Shown here in pieces: positions 19,716-27,965 of a DNA stretch of 39,434 nt. A model generated the notes under the pieces. The model saw only the letters and a list, made by a program, of their open reading frames with translations. It made no database searches and was not told where the DNA came from. Source of the DNA: a virus (taxonomy: Duplodnaviria > Caudoviricetes). Both the position numbers and the translations under genes were made by a program. Numbering within the stretch: position 1 is the stretch's first letter; every line of letters begins with the position of its first letter. The stretch covers positions 1-39,434 of the IMG/VR virus record IMGVR_UViG_3300020221_000045, one strand, 5' to 3'.

Positions 19716-19877
19716 ATGTATTATTCTTTTAAATCACATAATGAAATAGATAAAAGTTTGGCTGATTATATTTCAACAGTCACTGCTAAAAAAGATATTT
19801 CAGGAATACCGATCGAATCAATTAATGATTTTTTAAATGGTTTAGAAACATATTTGGAAGAAGTTAGCTACAATTAA
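19716..19877 (+). CDS. Small hypothetical protein (53 aa, not in ORF track)
   Basis: MYYSFKSHNEIDKSLADYISTVTAKKDISGIPIESINDFLNGLETYLEEVSYN. Starts 1 nt after the previous stop. Confidence 0.55.
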   Translation: MYYSFKSHNEIDKSLADYISTVTAKKDISGIPIESINDFLNGLETYLEEVSYN

Positions 19878-19893
19878 GGCGAAATTAAGGCGA
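19872..19893. repeat. 11-bp tandem repeat AATTAAGGCGA x2
   Basis: Read directly from the sequence. Confidence 0.85.
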
Positions 19894-19913
19894 ATTTTTT
19901 AAAAAGTGTTATA

Positions 19914-19926
19914 AATCAATAGTTTA
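19914..19926 (+). promoter_or_regulatory. IHF-consensus box
   Basis: AATCAA-TAGT-TTA fits WATCAANNNNTTR and lies upstream of the promoter at 19943. Confidence 0.55.
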
Positions 19927-19942
19927 TTAATGCATTAATTAT

Positions 19943-19971
19943 TTTACTTTTATATCATTGTATGATATAAT
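19943..19971 (+). promoter_or_regulatory. Sigma70-type early promoter (extended -10)
   Basis: TTTACT (19943-48), 17 bp, TG-a-TATAAT (19966-71). Confidence 0.8.
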
Positions 19972-19984
19972 ATATGTATATATT

Positions 19985-22159
19985 ATGAATTTTAAAGATT
20001 TAGTTGCGAAATTATTAGCCACTGAAAACATAACAGTAATTAGAGGTAATGCTGCTACAGCATCTTTTAATATACAGACAAGAGTTCTTACACTTCCAAT
20101 CTGGAAAAATCTAAAAGACGACGTTGAGACTATGTTAATTGCTCACGAAGTCGGTCACGCACTTTATACACCCTTAAAACATACCAAAGAATTAACTGAA
20201 GACAAATTACTACATTCTTGGATGAATGTTATCGAAGATGTAAGAATTGAAAAAGCAATTCAAAACAAATTTCCTGGATTACAACCATATTTTAAAAGAG
20301 CATATAAACAATTAGTTGATGATAACTTTTTTGGTTTGAAAGGTAGAAATTTATCAAAATTAATGTTTATTGATAAAGCAAATTTATTTTATAAAGCTGG
20401 ATATAACTGTGGTGTTAAATTTAATGAAAAAGAATACTCTTATATTAAAAGAATAGATGAATGTAAATCTTTTAAAGATGTATTTAAACTAGCAAAAGAA
20501 CTTACTGGATACTCTAAAAAAATAAAAGAAGATGAATTAAAAGCATTAGAGATGCTGGCGAAATTATATTTAAATTCCGATGACATAGAAGAAGATAAAG
20601 AGCAAAAAGCATTAGCTGAATCTTTAAAAATAGGATTAATGGAAGATGGTTTAGAAAGTGATTCAAATGGTGGAAGTGAATCAGACGCATCTCATAATGC
20701 TGCTAGACTTCCTGATGACAAATCAATACAAGATATCTTAAATGAAAATCTAGAAGAGAGAGCAAATGGTACTCAATTTCATATCGTAGATTATTCAAAA
20801 ATGACGAAATATGTTGGCTACAACCCATTCGTTGAATATAAAGAAATTTTTAAACAAGCTGATAGTCACAAAAAAGCTAGAATAGATGAATTTCTAAAAA
20901 TGAAAAAAGATCATCCTAATAAAGAATATGAATCTTATGCAATGGGCTTAATTAAGTCATCTATGGAAAACGAAGCAAAAGCAAGAAAAGACTATGAAAC
21001 TTTTATTAATGATTCTAAAAAAGAAGTATCTTATCTTATAAAAGAATTTGAAATGAGAAAATCAGCAAATCAATACTATAAGACAAAACAACATAAAAGT
21101 GGTTTAATTGATGTTAAGAAAATATTTGCTTATAAAATTAAAGATGAAATTTTTAAAACTATTCAAATCTTACCACAAGGCAAAAATCATGGAATGATTA
21201 TGTTAATGGACTGGTCTGGTAGTATGTCTTCTATTCTAGAAGATGTAGTGAAACAAACTATATTATTGACACAATTTTGTAAACGAATAAACATACCATT
21301 TTCAGTAATTGCATTTACTAATCATTTGAACGAACAAAGTGATATAGCAAAAAAATATCATGATGATGTGCGTGACCACTATGCAAGTCTAGGAACTGGT
21401 GTAAGTGAGAATTTAGCATCAAATTATTTTAAATGTGTTGAATTATTTAATCACACTATGTCAAAAAAAGATTATGATAAAATGGCTTCTTTATTATTTG
21501 AAAATGTGTGGGAGTGGTTGCCAAACTATCAACTTGCATCAACACCTTTGAATGAATCATTAGGATTTATGTTAGAGTTTATTCCTAAATTTAAAAATGA
21601 TTATAAAGTGCATAAACTTTCTTTTATCACATTAACAGATGGTGAAGGACATGCTGTCGCACCAAGAAATTATAATCCATGGGCTGGTATATATAAAAAT
21701 AAATTAATTATTAAGAAAGGAAATAAAGATTATCCATTTGATGGTTATTTACAAACTGGTACTTTAATCCAGTTAATTAAAGAATTAGATCCAGCAAATA
21801 TTACAACATTTAATTTCAATTTAGTTTACGATACAAAAAGAAATGTGGCTCAAGCAATATCGTATGCTAGAGCATGGAATGAAGGCAGAAGAAGATCTTG
21901 TGATGAAGCAGAAGAAATTTTAACTAGAAAAGAATTTAAAGAGAAAGGTTGTTCTATTAAATTAGGATATAATAACTATGATGAGATGTATATGATTCCT
22001 TTAAATAGATTAAAGACAGAAAACAATACTATAGAACAGGGTCTTGCTAGTGGTAAATTGAAAACTAGTCATCAAATAGCAAAATCATTTACTAAATTGT
22101 TAAAAAGAAATAGATCAAGTAGATTTTTATTAAACAGCTTTGCAAAGAAAGTAGCATAA
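19985..22159 (+). CDS. CobT-like protein: N-terminal HExxH metallopeptidase-like domain plus C-terminal VWA domain
   Basis: LAKLLATEN-type start, HEVGH, N..ED.RIE, MIDAS motif DWSGS, STPL, TDGE. The real start is probably ATG 19985, because the track start at 19958 lies inside the promoter. Confidence 0.85.
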   Translation: MNFKDLVAKLLATENITVIRGNAATASFNIQTRVLTLPIWKNLKDDVETMLIAHEVGHALYTPLKHTKELTEDKLLHSWMNVIEDVRIEKAIQNKFPGLQPYFKRAYKQLVDDNFFGLKGRNLSKLMFIDKANLFYKAGYNCGVKFNEKEYSYIKRIDECKSFKDVFKLAKELTGYSKKIKEDELKALEMLAKLYLNSDDIEEDKEQKALAESLKIGLMEDGLESDSNGGSESDASHNAARLPDDKSIQDILNENLEERANGTQFHIVDYSKMTKYVGYNPFVEYKEIFKQADSHKKARIDEFLKMKKDHPNKEYESYAMGLIKSSMENEAKARKDYETFINDSKKEVSYLIKEFEMRKSANQYYKTKQHKSGLIDVKKIFAYKIKDEIFKTIQILPQGKNHGMIMLMDWSGSMSSILEDVVKQTILLTQFCKRINIPFSVIAFTNHLNEQSDIAKKYHDDVRDHYASLGTGVSENLASNYFKCVELFNHTMSKKDYDKMASLLFENVWEWLPNYQLASTPLNESLGFMLEFIPKFKNDYKVHKLSFITLTDGEGHAVAPRNYNPWAGIYKNKLIIKKGNKDYPFDGYLQTGTLIQLIKELDPANITTFNFNLVYDTKRNVAQAISYARAWNEGRRRSCDEAEEILTRKEFKEKGCSIKLGYNNYDEMYMIPLNRLKTENNTIEQGLASGKLKTSHQIAKSFTKLLKRNRSSRFLLNSFAKKVA

Positions 22160-22497
22160 TGGAACATAATCATGACAAAGAAGTATTAGGTTTGGTTGAA
22201 AGAATTAAAGAATTAAGAACTAAAATTCTTATACATTCTTACTTATATTGGTATAAAGACAATCCAATGGTAAGTGACACTCTTTTTGATAACTGGAAAA
22301 TCAATCTTGTACATTTACAAAAACAATTTTCGGAAGATGAAAAATTTAAACTTATAAAAATAGATTTTTTTGATTCAGCATTTACTAATTGGGATGGTAA
22401 AAATAGTAAAGCTTTACCACTTTTTGACGATTGGGTTGTATCAAGAGTTGATATGTTAGACAAATATAAAAATGCGACTCCATATTTTAATATTTAA
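22159..22497 (+). CDS. Stand-alone NAD-dependent DNA ligase Ia-like domain protein
   Basis: ELR.KI..HSYLYW..DNPMVSD..FD.W...L..LQ resembles LigA subdomain Ia (H.Y.YY..D.P...D.EYD.L..EL..LE). No adenylation KxDG motif. Confidence 0.65.
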   Translation: MEHNHDKEVLGLVERIKELRTKILIHSYLYWYKDNPMVSDTLFDNWKINLVHLQKQFSEDEKFKLIKIDFFDSAFTNWDGKNSKALPLFDDWVVSRVDMLDKYKNATPYFNI

Positions 22498-22657
22498 GAT
22501 TGTGATATTACTTTCTCTATCTGGTTGTTTTGGTTCAACACTTTTTACAATCGGTGGAATATACAAAGTGACTATCGGTGATGTAATTACAAAGACAGCG
22601 AGAGTAATACCAAAAATTGATGATAATAAAGAAGACTATGAAAATAAAAAGTTATAA
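22472..22657 (+). CDS. Small putative lipoprotein
   Basis: Hydrophobic leader and lipobox LSG-C. Confidence 0.55.
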   Translation: MRLHILIFKIVILLSLSGCFGSTLFTIGGIYKVTIGDVITKTARVIPKIDDNKEDYENKKL

Positions 22658-22667
22658 GCTATTGATT
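22655..22667 (-). promoter_or_regulatory. IHF-consensus box
   Basis: TAAGCTATTGATT is the reverse complement of AATCAA-TAGC-TTA. Confidence 0.55.
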
Positions 22668-22695
22668 TTAAACACTTTTTTCTTTTTCATAACTA

Positions 22696-22724
22696 TATAC
22701 TTTTTCATCAAACTATGATAAAAT
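22696..22724 (+). promoter_or_regulatory. Sigma70-type promoter (extended -10) for the MoxR ATPase
   Basis: TATACT (22696-701), 17 bp, TG-a-TAAAAT (22719-24). Confidence 0.6.
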
Positions 22725-22758
22725 ATAAGGTAAATATAAACAAAATAAAGGTAAATAT

Positions 22759-23973
22759 ATGATGAATAATGTGAACGTAAAAAGATTTGTTGAATTACTT
22801 CATAAGTCGTATTCAAACGATGAAAGTAAATTTACAAAACAACAAATTCTAAAAACAATTAGGAATAATAAGTACGAGAAAAAAGCTGATATTTTTGATT
22901 GGATTAAAACCCAAAAAGCTGGCAGAGGAAATTACTATATTCCTCTTTCAAGTGTTTCTTCTTCGGTCACTTCAAATGTTTCTAATGTAGTTATCAATAA
23001 ACAAGAAAATCTATTAGATCCAAAATCTTTAATTCCTGTTAAAGATTCTAATTATGTTCCATTCGGAAATTTTAAAGATCTAGAAACAATCATAACTTCT
23101 AGAAATTTTTATCCAGCATTTATTACTGGTCCGACTGGTAATGGTAAATCTACATCAGTTGAGCAAATATGCGCAAAGCATAAAATTCCTCTAATCAGAG
23201 TTAATTTAAACAGCTTAACAGATGAAGACCAATTAATTGGTACTAAAACATTATTAAATGGAAACATTGAAATAGTCGAGGGTCCAGTGGTAATTGCAAT
23301 GAGACTTGGAATTCCACTATTACTTGATGAGATCGATGCTGGTGGTGCAAATACTTTATTGTGTTTACAGCCTATCCTTGAAGGAAAACCATTTTATTTC
23401 AAATTAAGAAATGAAATCATAACACCAAGATTTGGTTTTAATATTATTGCTACTGCTAACACCAAAGGTAAGGGGTCAGAAGATGGCAAATATATTGGTA
23501 CAAATGTGTTGAATGAAGCATTCCTTGAAAGATTTGCTGTGACATTTGCACAAGAGTATCCATCGGCTCAAGTTGAAATTAAAATCGTTAAAAATTTAAT
23601 GACAGCATATAAATGTATGAATGTTAAATTTGCAGAACAATTAGTAAAATGGGCTGATGTAATTAGAAAAACTAATGAATCAGGTGGTGTTGATGAAACA
23701 ATTACTACAAGAAGATTAGTCCATATTGTAAGAGCATATTCAGTATTTAAAGATATTGAAAAATCTATCGCTCTTTGTACTAATAGATTTGATGATTCAA
23801 CTAGATTAGCATTTGTTGATCTTTTTGATAAGGTGTCAAGTAATAAAAAAATAGAGACTGAAAAAGTGTCAGAGCAAACTATTAAAGCTGAAGTTGTATC
23901 ACAACCAGTTGTATCACAACCAATGGATGATTATTTAAAAAGTAAAATTGCACAGGTGGGAGCGACAACTTAA
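22759..23973 (+). CDS. CobS-like MoxR-family AAA+ ATPase
   Basis: Walker A GPTGNGKS, Walker B LLLDEID, ATANTKG.GS.DG..IGTNVLNEAFLERF, TRRL motifs. Confidence 0.9.
   Translation: MMNNVNVKRFVELLHKSYSNDESKFTKQQILKTIRNNKYEKKADIFDWIKTQKAGRGNYYIPLSSVSSSVTSNVSNVVINKQENLLDPKSLIPVKDSNYVPFGNFKDLETIITSRNFYPAFITGPTGNGKSTSVEQICAKHKIPLIRVNLNSLTDEDQLIGTKTLLNGNIEIVEGPVVIAMRLGIPLLLDEIDAGGANTLLCLQPILEGKPFYFKLRNEIITPRFGFNIIATANTKGKGSEDGKYIGTNVLNEAFLERFAVTFAQEYPSAQVEIKIVKNLMTAYKCMNVKFAEQLVKWADVIRKTNESGGVDETITTRRLVHIVRAYSVFKDIEKSIALCTNRFDDSTRLAFVDLFDKVSSNKKIETEKVSEQTIKAEVVSQPVVSQPMDDYLKSKIAQVGATT
23893..23922 (+). repeat. 15-bp in-frame tandem repeat GTTGTATCACAACCA x2 (VVSQP x2)
   Basis: Read directly from the sequence. 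Confidence 0.9.
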
Positions 23974-24362
23974 TGCTGACATACGAATTACTGACTAAAT
24001 TTCAAAAAAGATGGGTGGATGCAGTTTCTCAATTGTATCCACAATGCATCGAAAGTGGTTCAATCACTGCAGTACAGTGTATCGAAGCATATCGTATTCT
24101 TAAAACAAAACGAGCCGATGGTATTGGCAAAGTGGGATATCCAAATTGGTTATTCAATAAGAATAAAATAAAAAGAGGTTTGTATATGTTTCCAGCAAAG
24201 GGAGTGACCATAAGTAAGTGGATGCAAACTACAACACAATCTAAGAATACAGAACAGAAATCTTCGCCTGTAATTATTCCAGATAGAGAAATAGATCCTA
24301 AAGATAAACAATTCTTTGATGATCTTTCTTCTCATGGATTAAATTTTAAAAAGAATTCCTAG
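23973..24362 (+). CDS. Hypothetical protein, paralog of 24488..24835
   Basis: Shared motifs LT..QKR..DAV, G.ITA, G.PNW, KI..G.Y.FPA.G, D..FF.D. Confidence 0.75.
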   Translation: MLTYELLTKFQKRWVDAVSQLYPQCIESGSITAVQCIEAYRILKTKRADGIGKVGYPNWLFNKNKIKRGLYMFPAKGVTISKWMQTTTQSKNTEQKSSPVIIPDREIDPKDKQFFDDLSSHGLNFKKNS

Positions 24363-24382
24363 TGGGGGTTTGTTTATGTTAA

Positions 24383-24455
24383 GCACCCTTTCGGGGGGGT
24401 GCATTTAGTAAAGTGGGGATCCCACGTAGGAATACCTTTTCGTCCCCACTTTACT
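24383..24455 (+). other. GC-rich double stem-loop (terminator or structured RNA)
   Basis: GCACCC..GGGTGC (24383-24402) and a 13-bp perfect inverted repeat AGTAAAGTGGGGA (24407-19) / TCCCCACTTTACT (24443-55). Confidence 0.65.
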
Positions 24456-24478
24456 TACAATTATTTTTATAGTATAAT
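24450..24478 (+). promoter_or_regulatory. Sigma70-type early promoter
   Basis: TTTACT (24450-55), 17 bp, TATAAT (24473-78). 31 bp are identical to 28968-28998. Confidence 0.85.
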
Positions 24479-24487
24479 ATACATTTT

Positions 24488-24835
24488 ATGAAAGAATATA
24501 ATCAACTTACTGAATCACAAAAAAGATATATTGACGCAGTAATTAAAATAATACCAAAAATTGCAATTGAAGGCAGAATAACTGCAGCAGTAATAGATAG
24601 TCTTTATTGGAAATTAAAATCTGAAAGAACTGCTGATAAGAAAACACATTTGGGCTTTCCTAATTGGATTATAAAATCATATAAAATATCTTCAGGTGTT
24701 TATGTATTTCCTGCTCCAGGAATTAATCCAACTGATATAGTTAAAACAACACCAGTGGGAAATAACTCAATAGCATCTGAAGTTTCAAAAACTGAAGAAG
24801 ATACTAAATTTTTTAAGGATGCTATAAATGTATAG
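24488..24835 (+). CDS. Hypothetical protein, paralog of 23973..24362
   Basis: Same shared motifs as the upstream paralog, and it has its own promoter. Confidence 0.75.
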   Translation: MKEYNQLTESQKRYIDAVIKIIPKIAIEGRITAAVIDSLYWKLKSERTADKKTHLGFPNWIIKSYKISSGVYVFPAPGINPTDIVKTTPVGNNSIASEVSKTEEDTKFFKDAINV

Positions 24836-25106
24836 ATTTAAAGAAGACAAACTATTAAAAGAATTCAAAGAACATATTGACCAAACATATAAAGGTCATT
24901 ATTCTAAAAACAAATTTCAATCAACAGAGTTTATTGTTGATTGCGGTCATGGTCTAGGATTTACACTAGGCAATGTTTTAAAGTACGTGCAAAGATATGG
25001 TCATAAAGATGGTGCTAATCGTAAAGACTTGTTAAAAGTTTTACATTATGCATTACTTGCTCTTTATGTCCATGATAGTCAACATAATGATAACAATAAG
25101 GAGTGA
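24828..25106 (+). CDS. DUF3310-like conserved phage protein
   Basis: TY..HY, GF.LGNVLKY.QRYG.KDG...DLLK.LHYA pattern. Usual position before gp45 in T4-like aquatic phages. Confidence 0.6.
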   Translation: MYRFKEDKLLKEFKEHIDQTYKGHYSKNKFQSTEFIVDCGHGLGFTLGNVLKYVQRYGHKDGANRKDLLKVLHYALLALYVHDSQHNDNNKE

Positions 25107-25111
25107 AACAA

Positions 25112-25795
25112 ATGAAGTTAAGTAATGAAACACTAGCAATAATGAAAAATTTTGCAGGAATTAATTCAAACTTGCTGTTGAAAGCAGGTGATAGATTAAC
25201 AACAATTTCTCCTGCTAAAAACGTGATGGCAGTAGCAAAGATTGCAGAAAAACTTCCAATTAATGGAACTGGTGCATTTGGTATTTACGAACTAAATGAC
25301 TTTTTATCTGCTTATTCTCTTCTTGAGAGTCCAGATATAAGTTTTGCAGACAAGTATTTACTAATTGAAAGAGGAAATCAAAAGATTAGATTTTATTCTG
25401 CTGACACAGAAATGATCTTATCACCAGCAAAAGAATCTCTTCCAGTAAATGAAGATGTATCATTTTCTATTTCTAAAGATAATTTAGATATGATAAACAA
25501 AACTGCAAGTGTATTAAAAGCTAGTGATGTATCAGTAGTTTCTGAAGATGGTAGAATTAAAGTAATCGTTGGTGATAAAAAGAATAATTCATCAAATAAT
25601 TTTACAATTGATCTAGGTGCTTCAACTACAAAAGCAGAATTCAAAGTTTATCTTAAAGCAGAAAATCTAGCAAAATTGGTTGTGACAGATTATACTGTAG
25701 CTGTTGATAGTAAAAAATTATCTAAATTTACTGCAACAAAGGGTTCAATTGTTTATTATGTAGCAATTGAAGCTGATTCAATCATCAAAAAATAA
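25112..25795 (+). CDS. gp45: Sliding clamp
   Basis: MKLS.ET..I.KNFA.IN, FGIYELN.FL, YYVAIE.DS motifs. Precedes gp44. Confidence 0.93.
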   Translation: MKLSNETLAIMKNFAGINSNLLLKAGDRLTTISPAKNVMAVAKIAEKLPINGTGAFGIYELNDFLSAYSLLESPDISFADKYLLIERGNQKIRFYSADTEMILSPAKESLPVNEDVSFSISKDNLDMINKTASVLKASDVSVVSEDGRIKVIVGDKKNNSSNNFTIDLGASTTKAEFKVYLKAENLAKLVVTDYTVAVDSKKLSKFTATKGSIVYYVAIEADSIIKK

Positions 25796-25837
25796 TATAA
25801 TGGGAGGAACACTCCCATTGTACAACTAGATTATATT

Positions 25838-26791
25838 ATGATAAACACCATTGACAACCAATTCGTTTGGGTCGAAAAATATAGACCACGCAAAATAGAC
25901 GAATGTATTCTTCCAAAACATTTTAAACAATCTTTGAAATCCTTTATTAAGGAAGGACAGATACCAAATTTCTTATTCTTTGGTACAGCTGGTGTTGGTA
26001 AAACAACAGTGGCTCGTGCACTCTGTGAAGAAATAGGTGCTGATTATATTTTAATTAATGGATCAGAAGAGGGAAGAAGCATTGATACCTTAAGAACTAA
26101 AATTAAATCTTTTGCTTCAACTATATCTTTAACTGATGCAAGGAAAGTAGTTATTTTAGATGAAGCAGATTATATGACTGCTACATCAATGCAACCAGCA
26201 TTAAGAGCATTTATTGAAGAGTTTGCTTCAAATTGTAGATTTATTTTTACTTGTAATTACAAAAATAAAATTATAGATCCAATCAAATCAAGATGTGCTG
26301 TGATTGACTTTAGAATACCAGTAGAAGAAAAAGAAGTCATATCAGTTGAATTCTTTAATAGAGTTAAACAAATTTTAGAAAAAGAAAAAGTAAAATATGA
26401 TGGTAAAGTGATTGCTACTCTTATCACTAAATTCTTTCCAGATTTTAGAAAAACAATAAATGAATTACAAAGATATTCAGTTGGTGGCACTATTGACACA
26501 GGAATACTTGTAGGAATTTCTGATGACTCCTATATCAAATTGTTTAGGTATTTAAGAAACAAAGAATGGGATAAGATGCGTGAGTGGATTGATTTAAATT
26601 CCGATATTGATACAGCTAATTTGTTTTCAGATATTTTTGATAAAATACAACCAATTATAGACAAAAATTCATTACCAGAATTGGTTCTGATCCTTGCTGA
26701 CTATCAATACAAATCTGCCTTTGTGGCTGATCCAACTATTAATAAAGTTGCAGCTATGACAGAAATAATGAAAAAATGTCAGTGGAAATAA
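25838..26791 (+). CDS. gp44: Clamp loader large subunit
   Basis: WVEKYRP, GTAGVGKTT, INGS, ILDEAD, NCRFI.TCN, SRC, FPDFR..INELQRY motifs. Confidence 0.96.
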   Translation: MINTIDNQFVWVEKYRPRKIDECILPKHFKQSLKSFIKEGQIPNFLFFGTAGVGKTTVARALCEEIGADYILINGSEEGRSIDTLRTKIKSFASTISLTDARKVVILDEADYMTATSMQPALRAFIEEFASNCRFIFTCNYKNKIIDPIKSRCAVIDFRIPVEEKEVISVEFFNRVKQILEKEKVKYDGKVIATLITKFFPDFRKTINELQRYSVGGTIDTGILVGISDDSYIKLFRYLRNKEWDKMREWIDLNSDIDTANLFSDIFDKIQPIIDKNSLPELVLILADYQYKSAFVADPTINKVAAMTEIMKKCQWK

Positions 26792-27192
26792 AACAATATA
26801 AATCGAATCCTTTTAGATATGTTGCTGCAATCAACTATTCTAAAGAAGATCTAACAAATAACTTCCCTTTATTCGAAGAAGAATATAATTCTTATTTAAC
26901 AAATAGATCTCTATCTTATTTCCCAGATACTGTGCTAATCGCCAATGAAATTAACATTTTTAACTTCATTCCGAAGCATTGGCAATTTCTATTTTACCTA
27001 AATATAGTGTCTAAGAAGAAAAGATATTCCAGTAAGAAATGGGCGAAACGATCAAAAGATTCGAATGAAAGCTTGGTTATGGAATATTATAATTGTTCTT
27101 TACAAAAAGCAAAAGAAATTTTAAGTCTCTTAACTAAAGAACAAATTGACATTATTAAACAAAAATTATTTAAAGGTGGAATTAATAAATGA
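26776..27192 (+). CDS. gp62: Clamp loader small subunit
   Basis: PF.YV.AIN..K, NR.LSYF.DT...ANE.N, KKR.S.KW.K, YY..S..KA...L..L, GG motifs. Confidence 0.92.
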   Translation: MSVEIKQYKSNPFRYVAAINYSKEDLTNNFPLFEEEYNSYLTNRSLSYFPDTVLIANEINIFNFIPKHWQFLFYLNIVSKKKRYSSKKWAKRSKDSNESLVMEYYNCSLQKAKEILSLLTKEQIDIIKQKLFKGGINK

Positions 27193-27659
27193 GTGAAATT
27201 GAAAACAAAACTTCTCAAGAATCTTTAGAGAAATCTCAGTATAAATCTGAGCAAGTCTCCTTTGATTGGAAACCTGAGAAGATGCTTGAGGTTATACTGA
27301 TTGAACCAGATAACTTTTTAAAAATTAGAGAAACATTAACACGTATTGGTATCGCAAGTCGTACTGATAAAAAGTTATATCAATCTTGTCATATATTACA
27401 TAAACAAGGAAGATATTACATTGTACATTTTAAAGAATTATTTTCTTTAGATGGTAAAGAATCAAATATCACATTAAACGATATTGAAAGAAGAAATACT
27501 ATTGCTGCATTGTTAGCAGATTGGGGTCTTTTAAAAATTAAAGACGAAACTGCAATTACTCAAAAAGCTTCTTTGAGTCAAATTAAAGTTTTAACACATA
27601 AAGAAAAAGGCAACTGGGAACTAGTTGCTAAATACAATATTGGAAAACGAGTAAAATAA
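27189..27659 (+). CDS. regA: Translational repressor RegA
   Basis: PD.FLKIRETLTRIGIAS, LYQSCHILHKQGRYYIVHFKELF.LDG, RRNTIA.LL.DWGL, W.LV.KY.IG motifs. Confidence 0.96.
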   Translation: MSEIENKTSQESLEKSQYKSEQVSFDWKPEKMLEVILIEPDNFLKIRETLTRIGIASRTDKKLYQSCHILHKQGRYYIVHFKELFSLDGKESNITLNDIERRNTIAALLADWGLLKIKDETAITQKASLSQIKVLTHKEKGNWELVAKYNIGKRVK

Positions 27660-27842
27660 AAATGTTTACAACTTTTTTTTTAGGACCGAATGTCATTGCT
27701 TTTATAGCTATGACATTCTTTTTGGGTCTGGTTTTAGGATACAATATTGGAAAACGAGTAAAATAAAAATGTTTTATATTTGGCATACTTTATTAATAAT
27801 TGCTTTTATAGCTATGGCATTCTTTTTGGGTCTGGTTTTAGG
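27632..27842 (+). repeat. Imperfect ~105-bp tandem duplication (A-x-B-A-y-B)
   Basis: A is 36 bp exact (27632-27667 / 27739-27774). B is 44 bp with 1 mismatch (27695-27738 / 27799-27842). Confidence 0.9.
27662..27766 (+). CDS. 34-aa membrane micro-protein ending in the RegA C-terminal peptide
   Basis: MFTTFFLGPNVIAFIAMTFFLGLVLGYNIGKRVK. Starts 2 nt after the regA stop. Confidence 0.45.
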   Translation: MFTTFFLGPNVIAFIAMTFFLGLVLGYNIGKRVK

Positions 27843-27924
27843 TAAGAATATAGACTCATGGACACGGAATTTAAGCATATTGGACAAGAAAAAAGATAAT
27901 AAATCCAATAACTTAGATAAATAA
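27769..27924 (+). CDS. 51-aa single-pass membrane protein
   Basis: MFYIWHTLLIIAFIAMAFFLGLVLGKNIDSWTRNLSILDKKKDNKSNNLDK. Confidence 0.55.
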   Translation: MFYIWHTLLIIAFIAMAFFLGLVLGKNIDSWTRNLSILDKKKDNKSNNLDK

Positions 27925-27937
27925 TATTGTATAGGTA

Positions 27938-27965
27938 CTTGTATTTTTTAAAATAATACCTATAT
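27938..27965 (+). promoter_or_regulatory. Putative RpoH (sigma32) heat-shock promoter
   Basis: CTTG (27938-41), N17, CCTATAT (27959-65), matching the alphaproteobacterial CTTG-N17-CYTATNT consensus. Upstream of the hsp20 operon. Confidence 0.6.

Noticed and set aside
19958-19984. Track start of the VWA gene (similarly 35171, 34667 and 33405)
   Set aside because: These starts fall within promoters or upstream genes. Downstream ATGs (19985, 35219, 34706, 33474) fit the promoter, RBS or signal peptide better.
22159-22497. Functional NAD-dependent DNA ligase or a ligase pseudogene
   Set aside because: There is no adenylation domain and no ligase remnants in adjacent frames. The ORF is intact and coupled to its neighbours.
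19985-23973. Cobalamin biosynthesis (cobS/cobT) as an auxiliary metabolic function
   Set aside because: No cobN or other cob gene is present. The motifs support only a generic MoxR ATPase and VWA pair.
27632-27842. Possible mini-CRISPR or DGR template/variable repeat pair
   Set aside because: There are only two copies, they derive from coding sequence, and they show no adenine-specific mismatch series. No cas or reverse transcriptase gene is in the window.
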